This document shows, one piece after another, positions 39,541-54,239 of a stretch of 64,000 nucleotides of DNA (the first letter of the stretch is position 1; the number at the start of each line of letters is the position of its first letter). Location: the NCBI GenBank assembly GCA_965153455.1, contig OZ234494.1:3596001-3660000 (forward strand), read 5' to 3'. The position numbers were made by a program, and so were the translations under genes. The notes below the pieces were generated by a model. That model was not told the DNA's origin. It ran no database searches and was given only the letters and a program-made list of their open reading frames with translations. The DNA comes from Sphagnum compactum. Lineage: Eukaryota.

Positions 39541-40968
39541 ATGGGTAGGGCCAAGATAGAGATCAAGAAGATAGAGAATCCGAGTGCACGGCAAGTGTGT
39601 TTCTCCAAACGACGGGTAGGATTGATCAAGAAAGCGAGTGAGCTTTCCATCTTGTGTGGCTCCGATGTAGGGATCATCGTTTTCTCGCAGGCTGGCAAGG
39701 CTTTCTCCTTCGGGCACCCTTGCGTCGACTATGTGATCGACAAGACGTTGATAAGCGATGCGGTTACCACAGATGATCAGCAGCAGCAACCCAAGGACGA
39801 CAACAACGCTGGTAATATCCACAACAACAACAAGAACGTCGTCGTTAGCGCACCAGGGAATTGTGACATGGCGCAACAAAAGCTGCAGCAGGTGCAAGCG
39901 CTAGAGCAGCAGCAGAAGCAGGTGTTGCAGCTGTTAGCGGCTGAGAAGGAGCTCAACCATCGTCTCCTCTTGCACCCCTTTTGGTGGCAGCAATCTATCG
40001 TCGGCATGAGGGTCCCTGAGCTTCAGTACATGCTGCAACGAATCGACGCCTTGTACGAGTTGCTTGTCACTCGTGCTTGCTTGCTGCAACAACAGGTGAC
40101 GAATTCCACTGATCCCTGCATTTCTTCCCAGGAGCTGGACGTCGTGGCTGATGCAGCAGGTACCGGAGGACCTCATGCAGCAGCAGCAGCTACTAGTCTA
40201 CTCCCGGATGAGCAGCCAACAACAAGATTCGATCAGGGCGGCGGCTCTACCCAAATCCTCCCTGATCTCACCACCACCAGCAGTGCCTCCTTGCAGCAGC
40301 AGCACTCGTTTCTTTCTGGAACCAGAACCAAAGTTGAAACCAGTTCTGAATTCGCCCTAAACGAGCAGCTCCACTCTCTGGCAAGCCTGGCGACGCAACC
40401 TTCCTGCGGCTGCTCTACGGATGATGATGCCCAAGTACAACAGGCCTTGGACCATTTGGATGCTGCAAGCTCCTGCGACCAGCTCGTCTCCAATATCTCC
40501 GCCGCCGCCCACTTCCCTTCTTCTCCAGTACTCTACAACGACCAGGAGCAGCCACAGTTCTTGAACCTGGTAGAATCAGCAGGAGGGCCTGATCAATGGT
40601 CTACCTCCACCTCAACGACAAGACACATTTATGAACTACAACAACAGAATCAGGTAGCAGCAGCACTACATCAGCAACAACAACAACAACAGCAAGCTAT
40701 TTCAGCTTTCCTCAAGGATGATTGTAATGAAGTTCCGGATACTATGATTGGTGGTGGCAGCAGCAGCAGCAGCAGCGATAACGACGATGACAACAACAAC
40801 AACAACTCCTCGAGGGGGGCTCTGCAGAAGACTGCTGAGATCATCATCCCGTCTTCTTCTTCTTCACCCAATCCTGATTTCCTCAACAAAATCTCTTTCA
40901 ACAAACAGTTCTGTGCCGCAGGTGAAGCTGAGAATCCGGGAGCCCATGCGCAACCCATCTGGGCTTGA
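39541..40968 (+). CDS. Type I (M-alpha-like) MADS-box transcription factor, single exon, 475 aa
   Basis: [55 protein letters not shown]. The YSFGHP-type tail and a later PFWW motif are typical of M-alpha. No K domain and no introns are seen. Confidence 0.9.
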   Translation: MGRAKIEIKKIENPSARQVCFSKRRVGLIKKASELSILCGSDVGIIVFSQAGKAFSFGHPCVDYVIDKTLISDAVTTDDQQQQPKDDNNAGNIHNNNKNVVVSAPGNCDMAQQKLQQVQALEQQQKQVLQLLAAEKELNHRLLLHPFWWQQSIVGMRVPELQYMLQRIDALYELLVTRACLLQQQVTNSTDPCISSQELDVVADAAGTGGPHAAAAATSLLPDEQPTTRFDQGGGSTQILPDLTTTSSASLQQQHSFLSGTRTKVETSSEFALNEQLHSLASLATQPSCGCSTDDDAQVQQALDHLDAASSCDQLVSNISAAAHFPSSPVLYNDQEQPQFLNLVESAGGPDQWSTSTSTTRHIYELQQQNQVAAALHQQQQQQQQAISAFLKDDCNEVPDTMIGGGSSSSSSDNDDDNNNNNSSRGALQKTAEIIIPSSSSSPNPDFLNKISFNKQFCAAGEAENPGAHAQPIWA

Positions 40969-40994
40969 ACGTTCTTTCCACAGAGTGGGCTCCA

Positions 40995-41330
40995 ATCTCT
41001 TGCCCAAGTTCATACCCAAATCCGGTCGGTCTCTTCTTGCCCAAGCTCCTCATACCAAGTCCCATCTCTTGCCTATTTTCATACCCAAATCCGAGCTCTT
41101 CTTGCCCAAGCCCCCTCATACCCAAGTCCGATCTCTTGCCCAAGCTCATACCCAAATCCGATCCCTTCTTGCCCAAGTTCATACCCAAAATCCGATCTCT
41201 TCTTGCCCAAGCTCATACCCAAAATCAGATCACTTCTTGCCCAAGCTCATACCCAAAATCAGATCACTTCTTGCCCAAGCTCATACCCAAAATCAGATCA
41301 CTTCTTGCCCAAGCTCATACCCAAATTTCT
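40995..41330. repeat. Minisatellite, ~31-38 bp unit (cttcttgcccaagctcatacccaaaatcagatca), ~10 copies, directly 3' of the MADS stop
   Basis: Direct reiteration in the sequence. Confidence 0.9.
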
Positions 41331-44047
41331 TAGCAAAGTCTGGAATGGAGCACTGGCGATCTTCTGGTCAAGAAATAATTTGCGAATTTCTTCTGGTCCA
41401 GAAATTTGTGAACCTCAAGTTTAGTTCAAATCGTGGAAGAGACTTTTTATAATAAGAGAATTGATTATGTTTAATAACCAAATTAGTCACGTGTAATTAT
41501 GTTTCATAGGCTGCTGGGTTTTGGGGGAGAGGGAGGGGGTGTTGTTTGGGGATAGATAGATATTTATTTATTTATTTATTTATCTTTGAAAGTGTGTGAA
41601 GAAGCAGAACTATATGGGTACTTTACTTTTTCATAAAGTAGTCAAATGAAAAAGGCTTTAATAAGAGTGGAACTTAGGGCTCGAGTCTGTGACTATTAGA
41701 CTCCACATAACTTCTTCTTAGTACAGTTGCACTTGTAAATTGGGGATCTTGGGGAGGAGGGGAAGTGGTTTTTTTTTTTTTTTTTTTTGGGTTATTACTT
41801 TTTTTTTTTAAGCTCTAGTTTTGGGTTCATTTTTGTATGATAAATCATCATGTAAATGGCAATGTTGTTTTTCTTCTCCGAAGCGAAGAATGAAATATTT
41901 AAAGAGTTTCTCAGTTTAGTTTGGATTGTGTTTTTTTGGGCCTTTGATGGAAATAAAATTTGGTCACTTTGTGATGACAGCTGCTGAAAGGAGAATTGAA
42001 TTAGTATGATATTATTTTGTCTATTAGATGCTATCCAGATATGTATTAGGTAGTAATCTCTTTGGAGACCATCTGGTGCATTGTGTGTTTTGGCATCTCC
42101 ATGCCTAACTAGGCACCAACATACAATCGGTTTGTGGTATCAGGTCGACAAAAGCTTGATACCAAATAGTAAAAGCACTTGAAGAAATTTCTTAGTGTAT
42201 TTGGAGGGCACCTTGTATCTGTGAAATATCCCTCGTAGAAAAGAGGATGGATCTTTTGCTTACTCCTTATGAGTGGGACGGATCTTTGGCCTAACTCATA
42301 CAGGGATCTTATGCTCATAAATAGACTTAAGATCCATCCCACTTGATCGATGTTGGTACTCCTCAGATGCAGTAGAAAACTTCCCACAAACATAAAATGC
42401 TTACTACTGTTGAAGACACACAGAGGGGAATGAAAGTTGCCACTGAAGCACTAGTCAACCATGGAAATCATGTGCCTCGGTCTACCTTATATCAATGACA
42501 TTTGTCTTCTTACAAATGTTAACCCCTTCTTACAACTGTCATTGATGTACAGTAGACTGAGGCAGACACACAACAAAAATAGTGGAGCTAATAACATCAT
42601 CATCATCATCCTGTAATGAAGTTTTGGATGTTTGATTGACCTTATGCAAGGAATGGCCTACCGTTGTTGTCAGGGAAAAAAAAGTCATGAATCATGACAG
42701 CATGACCTGCAGTTGATTGTAAATGTAGCGATTCAGGATGTCATGTTGTTGTTGGTAAATGGGAAAGCTTCACAGCCGTTGAGGAAGCATTCCCAATTGC
42801 TGCACCCAAACTGGTGTGTTACAACATGAAGATTGCTGGGGACATTGTGACACAGTGACATTCATTACAACCACATCCCTTTTGCTTTCTGAGAGTTTTT
42901 CTAAAGCATTTGACCACAATACACACACTTCTATTGCACATACTCACCTGTTGCTGAATCTTTTTTGGCATGCTCCATCTTCTATTTGTCTAAATGCTTC
43001 TGGCCCCCAACTCTTCTGCCTCTTTTCACATGCCCCTGATTTCCTCTCTCTGCTTGACAACTCCACACATCAGGAGCTATATGCTTGGAAGCTGACAAAT
43101 ACAAATGAAGAATGAAACCTTTGGCATGTCAATGTGGATGACACTCCCAATAGGAATCAACACAGGAACAACAGGCTAAGGTGACAATCATCATTGGGAT
43201 GTCGATTCTAACATGAGCTGAATTGCAAAATGCAGAGGACGGAATGCCTACAGGCAGGTCTCGCGGAAGAACAAAACCAAACTTGAGGAGGCAACCTTGA
43301 AACAAACTCTCACTGAACTTTTATCATCAATTCCCAGTCAGATACAAACACACAAAAACACACTGTTGTTCACTTTCCCCAAGCAACCAATTCCAACACG
43401 AGTCTGCTCGAATTTTGCAGTCAGTCAGGCAGAAAATTGATCTCAGCATAAAAGCTGCTGGGCGGCTGCCTCTTGTTGTACAATCTATTCCAAACTAAGG
43501 TGAAACTATGATGCATGCTCTGCTACCCTAACCTTGATCTGCTGCCACCTTCTTCTTCTTGCCTTGGACTCTGATGCATGCTGTGCTCCCTTAACATCGA
43601 TTTGCCGCCAGCCTCTTCTTCTTGCCTTGGCAGATGAGTGATCACAGAGAAAAGAATTTTTCTATGCTACTTCAGCAAAGTCATACAAAGAATGCATGAA
43701 GTGTAGGATCTGATACATGCACAGGGAACTGGTCAAGAATATGAGTGTTGCAATCTGCACTTGAGACAGAAAGACAAACTTGTATAGAATACTTATGTTT
43801 ACCAGAGAAATTATGAGAGAGTACCACCATCTATCTACACATATCTTCTTCAGTCTATGATCCCCAGTGTCTCGAACCACACACAAACAAGCAGGGAACA
43901 AAAGCAGCAGATGACACAAACACAGAAAGAAAGATAGAGTGGGAAGGTGGGAACCAAAAAAAAAAGGAGCCAAAACTGCTTCCATTTTCTCTGTCTGCAA
44001 CAATAAGATTATTCAACAAAGACTCAGGAAGGAAGGAGGAAGACTTG

Positions 44048-44085
<38 letters not shown>

Positions 44086-44403
44086 CACTGCACAAGATCT
44101 GCTGCAATTTTACCATCACTTTTTGTCGACAAATTGCTACCAAAAAATGCACAAGATCTAACCCTAAACGAGCCATCTAGAATCCCAAGAACCAAGAATC
44201 CTTGGGTTGGGTTGGGTTGGGTTGGGTTTTTCTTGTGTACATTGCAAGGAATCATTTGAGGTTGCTTGGATCGGGCAACAAAAGTCTGGAATTGAGTGCT
44301 AGGTTCTTGCTATTGTTGTTGTTGTTGTTGTTTGTGTGTGTGAGGAGGGTGGGGGGTTCTGAGAGAGAGGCTCTTGGGAGAGAGCCTGGCTGGCCAGGAC
44401 CTC

Positions 44404-47400
44404 ATGACGGGAGAAGGAGGACAGATGCCGCCGGTATCGGCTGCAGCAGCGGCGGGAGGACAGCAGCAGCAAGCTCCGAGTATGATTACACCTTCTTCGT
44501 CTGCTGCTGCTGGATTGCCGCCGGTTGCCTCATCAGGACCCATGTCTGCATTGAGCGCGGTGACAACTCCTGCAGCGGCGGCATCGCAATTGCAGCAACA
44601 GCAGCAGCACTTGAGCTACCAGATGCAGCAATTCAATCAAAACCAAGCCAAGACCCAGCAGCAACAGCAAGCTGCGCGTGTGCAATACGCGCAAAGCTCG
44701 CAGCTGCAGGTTCCTGCTTCCCAGCAGTTAATGGCGCCAACCCAAGTCGCCGGAAATCCTTTGTCGCGCTCTGGGTCGGGACAACGACTCTCGCACATGC
44801 CGCAGCAGCAGCAGCATTACAACACACAGTTCTTGTCCTCAAGCTCAGTCGCTACATCAGGAGTTTCAAGCCAGACCATGCTCATGGCTCAACAGAGAGC
44901 AGCAGCAGCAGGCCAGGCGCAGCTGCAGCAGCAACAACAACGGCCAAGCTCTGTACTTCAACCGGTTCAAAGTCGTCCTGGCATCTATGGTCTGCAGCAG
45001 CAGCCACAGCAACAGCTTGCACCTGGCTCCTATGCTCACCATCTAAATCCTGCTCAATCTACAGGGGGTGTGGTTGCAAGACCAGCAGCAGTGCAGCAAG
45101 GCACACCCCAATACGGGGTGCAATCACAGCTCTCTTTGCCTCAGCAACATGCAATGCAGGTCTGTTATTTTCTCCTTGTTGCTCCCATTGTATGTATGTG
45201 GGCATTTCACACAGAGAGTGGCACAACAAACTTCAATTGGGTTGAAAGAGTTTGCACAGATTTTGCAGGCAAGGCAGAAGCAAGTTCAAGGGCAGATGCA
45301 ACCACCCACTCCTTTCCAGACAACTGCACCATCACCTGTACAGCAGGCTATGGCCATGGGTAGGCCAGGAGCAGGCCTGGCCTCACCTCAACAGCAGCAG
45401 CAGCGTCTAACACAACAATTACAGCAGCAGAACAATCCCTCCAGACCATCATCCCAGCCCCAGCAGACAGCATCATCTAATGTCCTGTTCCATCTTCTTT
45501 TTTGTTTCAGCTCTATCATATTTTTGTATCATCTTTGCTTTGGATTTCTCTATGTGAAGTGACTGTTAACAACAGTGTGATGCTTTTTTTATCTTGTTGT
45601 TGACTAGGTCTGATGATTGATTGATTGAGGTCGGGGTTTTGCAAGCTTTGCAGCTTTCAAAAGTGCCATCATCATCAGTGGGAGGAGCAGCACTACAGAT
45701 GCAAGGACTGGTGGTGCCTGGAGCCCAGCAGCCACAACAGGCAACATGGCAGCCAAAGCCCACTGGCTATCAGCAGCAACATCAAACGCAACTGCCACAA
45801 CAGCGAGCACAGGTTATTGGCAGCAGCAACCAGCAAAGACCTGCTACTCCCACAATCTCAACAACTCCTCAACCCAGCACTACTGCACAACAACCAACCT
45901 CCAACATGCCTAGTGCTGCTGTGACTTCTATCACCCAACCTCCTGATCATTCCACTGGTCATATTCTTGGCAAGCGCAGCATCCAAGAGCTTGTTGCACA
46001 AGTAAACCCTAATTTTTTGAACCTTGATTTCTACTACTAATTAAGAGACATCATAAACAGCTTCATTCTTCCAGGAGGATTATGGGAATCAATCTTAATT
46101 CTGCTAGGATGGTTTTGAGAATCAATCTTTATTCTTCCAGGAGGATTTTGGGAATCAATCTTAATTCTGCCAGGATGGTTTTGAGAATTGATCTTCATTC
46201 TTCCAGGAGGATTTTGGGAATCGATCTTAATTCTTCCAGGATGCTTTTGAGAATTGATCTTCACTGGTCCAGGAGGATTTTGGGAATCAATCTTCATTCT
46301 TCCAGGATGATTTTGAGAATTGATCTCTGCTCTTCCAGGGTTTTGAGAATACAATCTTATAGGTGTAATTTCAAACAGGTGGACCCACAAGAGCACCTGG
46401 ATCCTGATCTGGAGGATGTGCTACTTGAAATTGCTGACGACTTCATTGACAGTGTATGTAATCCAATTCCATGCTGCAACAACATATGAGATGGTTTTTG
46501 TTCAGGAATAAAATAGGGCTTCTCAGGAAGTGGAAAGAAAGAAAGCTCATGAGTGTTGGCATCTGCTGGCCTCAATTTTTATGCAGGTGACATCATTTGC
46601 TTGTACTCTAGCAAAGCATCGCAAGTCCTCGGTCCTGGAAGCAAAGGATGTGCTACTGCACTTAGGTCAGTAACCCCTTTCTCTCTTCTGCTCTCCCTAT
46701 CATGTGAAAAAGCCTTGCACATTGTGGGCATGTTGATCCTTTTGGGGATAGAATCGTGGCAGTGGGGGAGATGGAGGGAGCAAAGCTTGCTTCGTTCATT
46801 TTGAACAGCCCTTCATTGTGCTGCTGGTGTACAGTGCAATAGCAGGCACAATTACAGTTCCTGTGAAGATAGATTAATGGTTTTACATTTTGAACCTTCA
46901 TTTTGATGTAGAGCGCAATTGGCACATTACAGTACCTGGATTTGGAAGTGAAGAATATCGAGCTTATAAACGACAAGTGAGGGTTTCCTTTATTTTCCCA
47001 TGAATTTTTATATTGAAATCTTTGCAACATATTTGTAGTTCATTGTGGGGTGGAACTTGTGCTGAGTATGCTTCAGTAGTTATGCACCTCATGAATTGCC
47101 ATCCCTGTGCAGCTACCTTGCATTATTCAGATTGCAACACACCCTTTCTTACTGCTGTTTTAGAGTGGAATATGTTTTGTCATCAAGTATAAGGAAGAGG
47201 ATTTCCCTTACTGACTTTGGGTTAACGGTGGGGGTGAGTGGGATTGGACAGTCAATTAGTGAGACTCACAAACAGCGCCTTGCCTTGGTAAAACTCCTCT
47301 TTTGTGCTTCATTGTTCTGATCTCTACACTAGTGTGTGGTGCTCTTTGATCACAAGGGGTGTCATGTGGTAGTGTTGTTTCTGACATCAGGGTTGAAGAC

Positions 47401-47734
47401 CAAAGTAGAAAAGGTTTAGACTCAAAGTCAGTTCATCAGAGAATGTGGCTATCGTCTGTTTCAATGAAGTCACTCTTCTTGTCTGTTTTGTTGAAGGTTT
47501 GTTTGTAATTGACCAGAGGGGGCTATCTGTGCGTCGCAGGTAAGGAAGTCGGCAGCAGCAGCAGGACAGCCTGGTACAGAAAGTAAAGGAGCGATTGCAG
47601 CAGCTGGGGCTCCAGTCACCAATCCTTCGGGCACTGTGTCAACACCCAACAAAGCAGCACTCTCTTCTGTGGCTGCAGCTTCATTGGCATCTCCAATGGC
47701 ATCACCAGGGCTCCCCAGAGTCCCACGCATCTAG
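44404..47734 (+). CDS. TAF12: TFIID subunit TAF12 (long Q-rich N-terminus plus histone fold); exons 44404-45159, 45269-45481, 45654-46001, 46379-46453, 46587-46665, 46912-46976, 47252-47287, 47540-47734
   Basis: [75 protein letters not shown] is the TAF12 histone fold. Junctions are in frame. The exon 2 donor (gtcctg) is weak. Confidence 0.92.
46060..46355. repeat. Intronic minisatellite, 33-bp unit, ~9 copies (TAF12 intron 3)
   Basis: ttccaggaggattttgggaatcaatcttaattc is reiterated. Confidence 0.9.
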
Positions 47735-48681
47735 ATGGTGACTGCCACTAAAAGCAAACAATGCTGTTAATATTTGTACCATTGTCATCATCATCATCAC
47801 AATTTAGTCGGCACCCAAGTTCTAGTAAAGCCATTCATTCTTGACAGATTCCCTAGTCAGGATTTAGGGATAGATTCCCTTGTCATCCTGTTCTTCTCAC
47901 TCACACAGCCCTAGAGCATAAGTTTCTTTTTGCACAGCAAGGGGCCATGTGTCCCTGTTTTCAACAGCACAAGTTTGCTTGAAGAAAATTGTGCATGCTT
48001 GAGAGAGAATGTGGAACACAACCATGAACAGTGTTCATCAGAAAATTTCCCAGAAAGAAATCTCTCTATCAGCTTCAGGTGTTGAGTCCGATGAAATCTT
48101 TGTCATGTGTCCCCTTGAGGTCAGAGAAACATGCAATTTCTGCACTCAAAGTATGTCTCAAGTTCTATCATAAGAGTAGAGTGAGTCTTATCAGTCCACC
48201 AGCCATCCAGTCACAAATACCTTGAAAACAACCCTGCAACTCAGAATGTGAACCTTCAATTTTCAAGTAGAAACTGCTTCTCATTAGGATTGTGCCAAAC
48301 TGCTCCAAATCCATGAAAGTTTTGTGAACGTAATCAAAAAATGCACAAACATCTGTATTGCCTTGTGACGTTTTCAAGTTAAAGTTTCTGAATAGAGCTG
48401 AGCATACCTTATGATTGAAATTCCTGCAGTCTGATTCCTCTCACCTGCCAGTCAATCTATCTGGCATTGGGAAAAATAAGGAGAAGATTATCTCTTGCTT
48501 GACAATATATAGAGCAGAAGAATGGATGAGATGATAATCTTACTCCATTTTCTGCCATGCCTGTTGTCTGACAAATCTCAAAAGTTGCATATTACAGGAA
48601 GATACAGTTCCAATTCCAGTATATTTTGAGAGGAAACTTGACAGCTTGAACACATCTGAATCACCTCTTGCTGTGTATACC

Positions 48682-51600
48682 TTAGTAATCCCACCCACTC
48701 AGAGCAGTCCCAGACCTGGTATTTACATCCTTGGGCCAAGATGAGAAGCTTCCAAATTTCACAGACTCGTTTTGGATGCAGGTAGACAGATTGATATCTG
48801 CTTTACACCCATGAGTAATGCAATTTGCTACTGGAGGGTTGGAGGAGGTGTGAAGCAGTCGTCCCCAGCCTACATTAGGCTTCCCTTCATCTATCATTGA
48901 AACAACTCTTCTTAGCCATGTTTCAACCAACCTGTGCAGAACATTTCCAACATGTGACAATGATTAGTTACCTCTTGAAGCACCTAACAGAGCTTAGCCC
49001 TGGATGCAAAAGAACACCAGAAACTCCACACCGCCCACACCATATCAAGTGAACTCATCATTGAGAATGAGCAAATTAAGTTCCATGTTTCAGGCAAGAT
49101 AAAGGAAAATGTGCTGACTGGTCAAAGGCTGCAGCTTGAAGGACCAAAGCTGTAAAATAATCACAGAATAAAACCTCGTCACCTCTGCTGGTGTTAGTGC
49201 AGGGAAATTGATGCCATTGTCCCAAAACAGGCTCCCTATAGTACTAATCTCAAAAATTATTTGAGCCTTTAGGCTGTTTCCAAAAATCCCTTGCATCTGA
49301 AATTTATCTTTGTCATGAATCACATGTGACAAGCCAGGTCTTGACTTCTTTGAGGTCTGACCCCTGATTTCCTGCAGGTGGGCAAAGTATGTACTCACTT
49401 GCACAATTTGGCTTGCACTTTGTAAAGCAAACGTGGGAAAAACATCATGCCCTAATACCCCACAACATAAAACACCCACAGCCAGAACACTGCGTTAGTG
49501 CTCTCCCAAAATTCACTTCACCAATTTTACCTTCAGAATACATTTCACCAAATGACAAACTTCAAACTACTGTGAAACAAGAAGGGTTTACTCAGTCAAT
49601 ATCTTCATGAGTAATAAGAACTTCTCCATACTAAGATTTAAGTCAACCTGAATAGAATGGAGAAATCACCTGACAATAAGAGACTTTCAGGTCACACAAA
49701 ATATCAGTGAACTGGGAAAAGACAAAAGACACCCCAAAAATCTCTGAAAAACGGGAAAGGGACTGAGGAGCTGTTGAACAACAATGATACACATGTTCAG
49801 AGACCTTCAACAGCAGCATATAATGAACAGCTACCATAGCATCCCTACTGACTTCATCGCACCTGGCAGTGAATGGAGGTCAATGCCATATGTTTTCCAA
49901 TGTACTGGCAGGGAAGACTCGGCCATGATGCTGGCTAGCTCAACAAAATATAGAAGAGAAGAAGAACCAAGAAAAGCTAAGAAGAAACAGGAACAAAATA
50001 TGAAGAAAAACCAAAAAACAAGAGAAATGGAAAACAAAGAGGCAAACACAACATCAAAAACATTAAGAGTACCATTCTGACAAATGACTTTGAAAATCTC
50101 CCCACTGAGGGTAAAGAATCCCTTGAATTTGCCATTTTCAGGATTTCAAAGGCAGACACACCAAACAGAAATGTCTCTCAATTTAGCAAACAGCAATCTT
50201 CACAAGCACTAAGAACTTCTCCATTCTTACAACTTAAGTCAACCAGAAAGAATAAAGAGACTTATTAGCAATTTACGGTTTTCTCTGTTGAATGTTTGCA
50301 GATATATTTGCCACTATGTTTTCAGATCTGCAATCTCAATGACCAATACAAAAATGAATTATGTTAGACATTGAAAGAGTCATGGATTGGAAGAACTCCC
50401 CCAGCTGCACCATGGCATGATGGGTAGATCTCACCAAAGACTGCTGCCAAGCCACAACATCCTACAAGTCTTATGAAGGATTTTTTTCTTGGCATGTGTA
50501 CCTTGCATTAAAGCAGAGGGCTTATGCATACTTCAGGCTACATCAAAACTACATGTATATGCAAACAAAATCAATTTCAGATTTAAACCTCAGGTCTTTG
50601 CCTGCAAATTGCCTGCAAATTGCCAAATTCATCAATTTGCTGGTTTGCAGAGCTTGGGGTTTTAGTTCCTGACCAACTGCATCACAAATACTCATGCCAG
50701 AATGCTGGATGCACATGCCTCCCAGAAGAGCATAGCATATATGGGTTTCAGGCACAAATTTACAACACCTGGAATGATAAAGTGTATGGAAAAGAGTCTT
50801 GCTGTTGCAAACCATTCCTTTCGATACCACGCAAGTCTCTTAATTGTTCAACAATCTCTTGAAGAAGCTTCATTTGTCCATTCTCTCGTGTAAGAGAATC
50901 CATGGTCTGTTTTATTAGGTGCCTGTCAGCCTCCAGGGCCTTCAACCTAAGCTTCAGCTGCTGTACTTCATCTTCAAGAGAAGTCCAGGAGTGGCACCTC
51001 CTACTCTTGGAACTGGTGCTAACATCCCCTTCCCGTGCTATCCAATAAAACTGTTCCAACCAAGTGTTGGTTTCAGAGTTCCCAGCTTCGCACAGAGGCA
51101 TTGTGATGTCACCTCTTGCATACTCCAGTTCATTCCTGTCTCTTACGTCCTCATCATGAATGAATAGGTGGTCTGGTTTTCCTAGTCTATCCACACTAGG
51201 TGGATGCCTCCACCTGTTTCGCTCTCCAGCAATTCCCTGTAGCTTGTAACATGATTCCTGTACCTCATAAACATCATGCTCAAACAAGACCTCCTCATCA
51301 CTAGATTTCCCTGCTGTTGTTTCCTCACCACTGATCATATAAGATGTGCCAGCCTCTTGCTCTTCTTGTTTGTTTTCACCTTCATCCGCCTGACTATGTT
51401 GGTGGACAGGGGTAACATTTCCATCTCCCTCCACAGAAGAAGATGCATCATCACAAGTTCTTTCATTAGTGTTGCCATCTTCATAACAGCTATGCCACAA
51501 GCCATCATGCTGACCCATTGTGGATATCATTGTCTGCAAGCTACTTGTCGCTGTCTCCAAGCTCATTGTCCTCTTGACTGGACTTTGTGTTTTGCAGCTT

Positions 51601-52937
51601 GATACTACTCCCACAGTCTTTGTTTCCCCAATTAGTGCATTTTGTTTGAGTCCTGCCTGCTGACGCAACTCCTCTTCTAATTTCCACAGGCACTCCAAGA
51701 CAGAAAGAAGCCTCTTTTTTTCCAATGCTCCTCTATCTGAGACCTCCTCTAAGACCCCCCCATCTTCATTCACATCACTCTCAGTTGCTGCATAGGAATG
51801 ACAGCTGGATCTTCTCTTCAAGCTCATGAACTTTGCCGAAGGTAGGTTCAAGCTTGAATCCTCCATAGCATGGGGTGTTCCAGGTTCATGAGATACTTCA
51901 GTGAGAATGGGACCCCAGATGTGGTTCTTCCGCTTGTTTCCTCTATCTGTAAACCCTAATTGCTTTGTATCAACAGCCCTTAAGGTAATGGCAGCAGCAC
52001 GCTGTATCTCCTCCTCTGCTTGGGCACGGAGTAACAACCTCAGTCTGTACAACTTCATTTCCTCTTCCAGTTCTCTCTTCTCCTGCTCACGTTTTGCAAC
52101 AACCTTTTGCAGAGCCTCGATTGCTTCTTGATCATGCATCGATTTCTCCTCAACCATCCGCTGGAACTGCCGAGCTTCCATCAACGCTACGGCCTTCTCC
52201 TCTTGGAGACGTGCGATCATTCCCATGGCTTCCTTCGCAGCTGTGGCTGAAGCATTCCTCTCTTGTTCCAGCTCCTGATACATTGCGGCCAGCGCCTCCC
52301 GCTCGGCTTGGAGGGCTACATCTAGCTTAGGCTCGTCCCAAGATTGCTCTGCTTGCAATTGGTCAGCATTTCCATCAGCAGTAGCTTCACCGGCATTGAC
52401 GATTTCCATTGGAGTTTGACGGGATCCGCCTCTTTCACCACTCTCTTTCCGAGAGCACACTCTGTGCAGATCTGCAGGAAGATTCTTCTGTAGTTGTGCC
52501 GCGCAAAGCTTGCTGTAACGCAAATCGGATCCGACAGTTGTTTCTCCAGTGTGCGAAAAATCAACTTCATCGCCGTCACCGAAGTCCGATTTGTCGCCCG
52601 CGGAGATTCTTTTCTTCAGCATATTTGCTTCCGTTTTGAAGAAGCTTCTTCTTCCTTCGAGATGATGGGACACCAAGCAAGAACAAGGAACGTGCAAGCA
52701 CAAGAGACGAAGACAGCCGGACGCAAAGAAAGCGATCACTGCAAAGAAAAGTACCAGCACCGCGAGCCAAAGCTTGACAACGGCAACGATTACCGACGAA
52801 GCTCTCCAGACAGACGCCCAGGAGTTAGTCGCTTGGCCTGTCCATGGCCATCTCCAAGCTGCCGCCGCCGCTCCTAAAGCTGCTTCTACTTTCCTCGCCA
52901 CAAAGAAACAACGAAACATTCGATGTTTTGCGACCAT
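48682..52937 (-). CDS. MYOB: GTD-binding / zein-binding (DUF593) myosin-binding protein, paralogue 1, with N-terminal transmembrane segment; exons 52937-50769, 49451-49399, 48931-48682
   Basis: ALQAEREALAAMYQELEQERNASATAAKEAMGMIARLQEEKAVALMEARQFQRMVEEK is DUF593. The N-terminus is hydrophobic and followed by VPCSC. The C-terminal coil is RLKALEADR. Small exons GMMFFPRL.. and ..NVGWGRLLH have counterparts in paralogue 2. Confidence 0.85.
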
Positions 52938-54198
52938 TTAAACTTCGAGGAGCTTTGTTTCCCACGGCGTTGTCCACCTCTCGAACTCACATACCATCTT
53001 CAAAACCGAACAAACACAAAAAAGCTGCAAGCAAGCAAGCGAAAAAACACAAATCGTCAACAGAGAAGCAGATTTTAATAACATCAAAACAGAAAGAAAG
53101 AAAGAAAGAAAGATCACACAAGAACATAAGAAAGATCACACAGGAACATTGTTGTTGTTTTGCACCTGATGAAGAAAAAGAAGATGGCGCTGGTTGATTG
53201 ATCAGTACGTGCTCTTTGAGTGGAAGCAAAAGACACACACAAAAAACACACATGCGCACACAACTACCACAAAAACGTCAATAATATCATCTTCCTCAAT
53301 TTTTTCTTCGTGACAGATTTCTCTCAGCAACCTCGCACGCCCAGTAGCCACTTGAAGCTCTCTTCCGTCGCCTTTCTTCTTGCTCTCTCGTCTACCAACA
53401 AAACCCCCGGAAGAATTTCGCGAAGCAGAAACTAGCACTGCAAAGCCAGCGTGCACGCGCAGACAAGCCTTACATTGGAACTCACGCCAACACTACGAGA
53501 CTGTTTTGTGACGATGATGTAGCCAAAGTGGCGATGATCAACAGTAAGATTTGGCCACATTTGGCTACAAGCTAAACACGATATAGTTTTAATTAAAATA
53601 ACACCATCCTTCTATGTTTTTGGCTAAACCTACTTGAGTCACGTGAAAAAATCTGGAGGTTTTTCATAAATCTAAATATGGCTATTTTTTTCTAAATATG
53701 GCTATTTAAAGTCTCAAAAATCACTTGATTTTTAGCACTTTTAATTTTTCAATATAACCTTTTTGGCTACATATATACATATATATATATATAGCCAGCA
53801 AAAAAAGGCTCTGAGTCTGAGTACACTGCGAAGTGCTGATCGGTCTGGAGTGATAACCAGTGTTAATTTATGCCCGGATAGGATGTCGAATATTTGTCAT
53901 CTCTTTCTTTTTTTGGTTGTTGTTTGTACATACATCAGCTGGATAGGATGTCAGACATGAGTTTTCATCCATTGAGAGAAGGTTTACATGACTTTTCATC
54001 CATTAAGCGTAAAGCCCTAGGGTCAGGAGTCAGGACATTCCCAAAATAAGTCCGGCCCCACATTTTGGAACTATCCTCAATTAAGTTATCCGTAAAGTCA
54101 GGAAAAAGACGGCACCTGCACCCCCTGTTTGGTCACATAGGGGATGAGATTTCGAAAAACAGGAAAAAAAGAAGCACACTGGGCTTCAACTGGGCATG

Positions 54199-54239
54199 AA
54201 ACTCAGTTTAGCACCAAATTTCGGTGCTAAACTGAGTTT
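54199..54239. repeat. Perfect 17-bp-arm hairpin
   Basis: aaactcagtttagcacc-aaatttc-ggtgctaaactgagttt. Confidence 0.8.

Noticed and set aside
40748-41452. 234-aa ORF overlapping the MADS 3' end
   Set aside because: It is an alternate frame plus minisatellite translation, with no domain.
50073-50121. Candidate extra exon in MyoB paralogue 1
   Set aside because: Its phase does not fit. The 49451-49399 exon matches paralogue 2 and keeps the frame.
53517-53772. MITE bounded by atgtagccaaa / tttggctacat
   Set aside because: The inverted motif is only 11 bp, recurs internally, and has no clear TSD, so boundaries cannot be supported.
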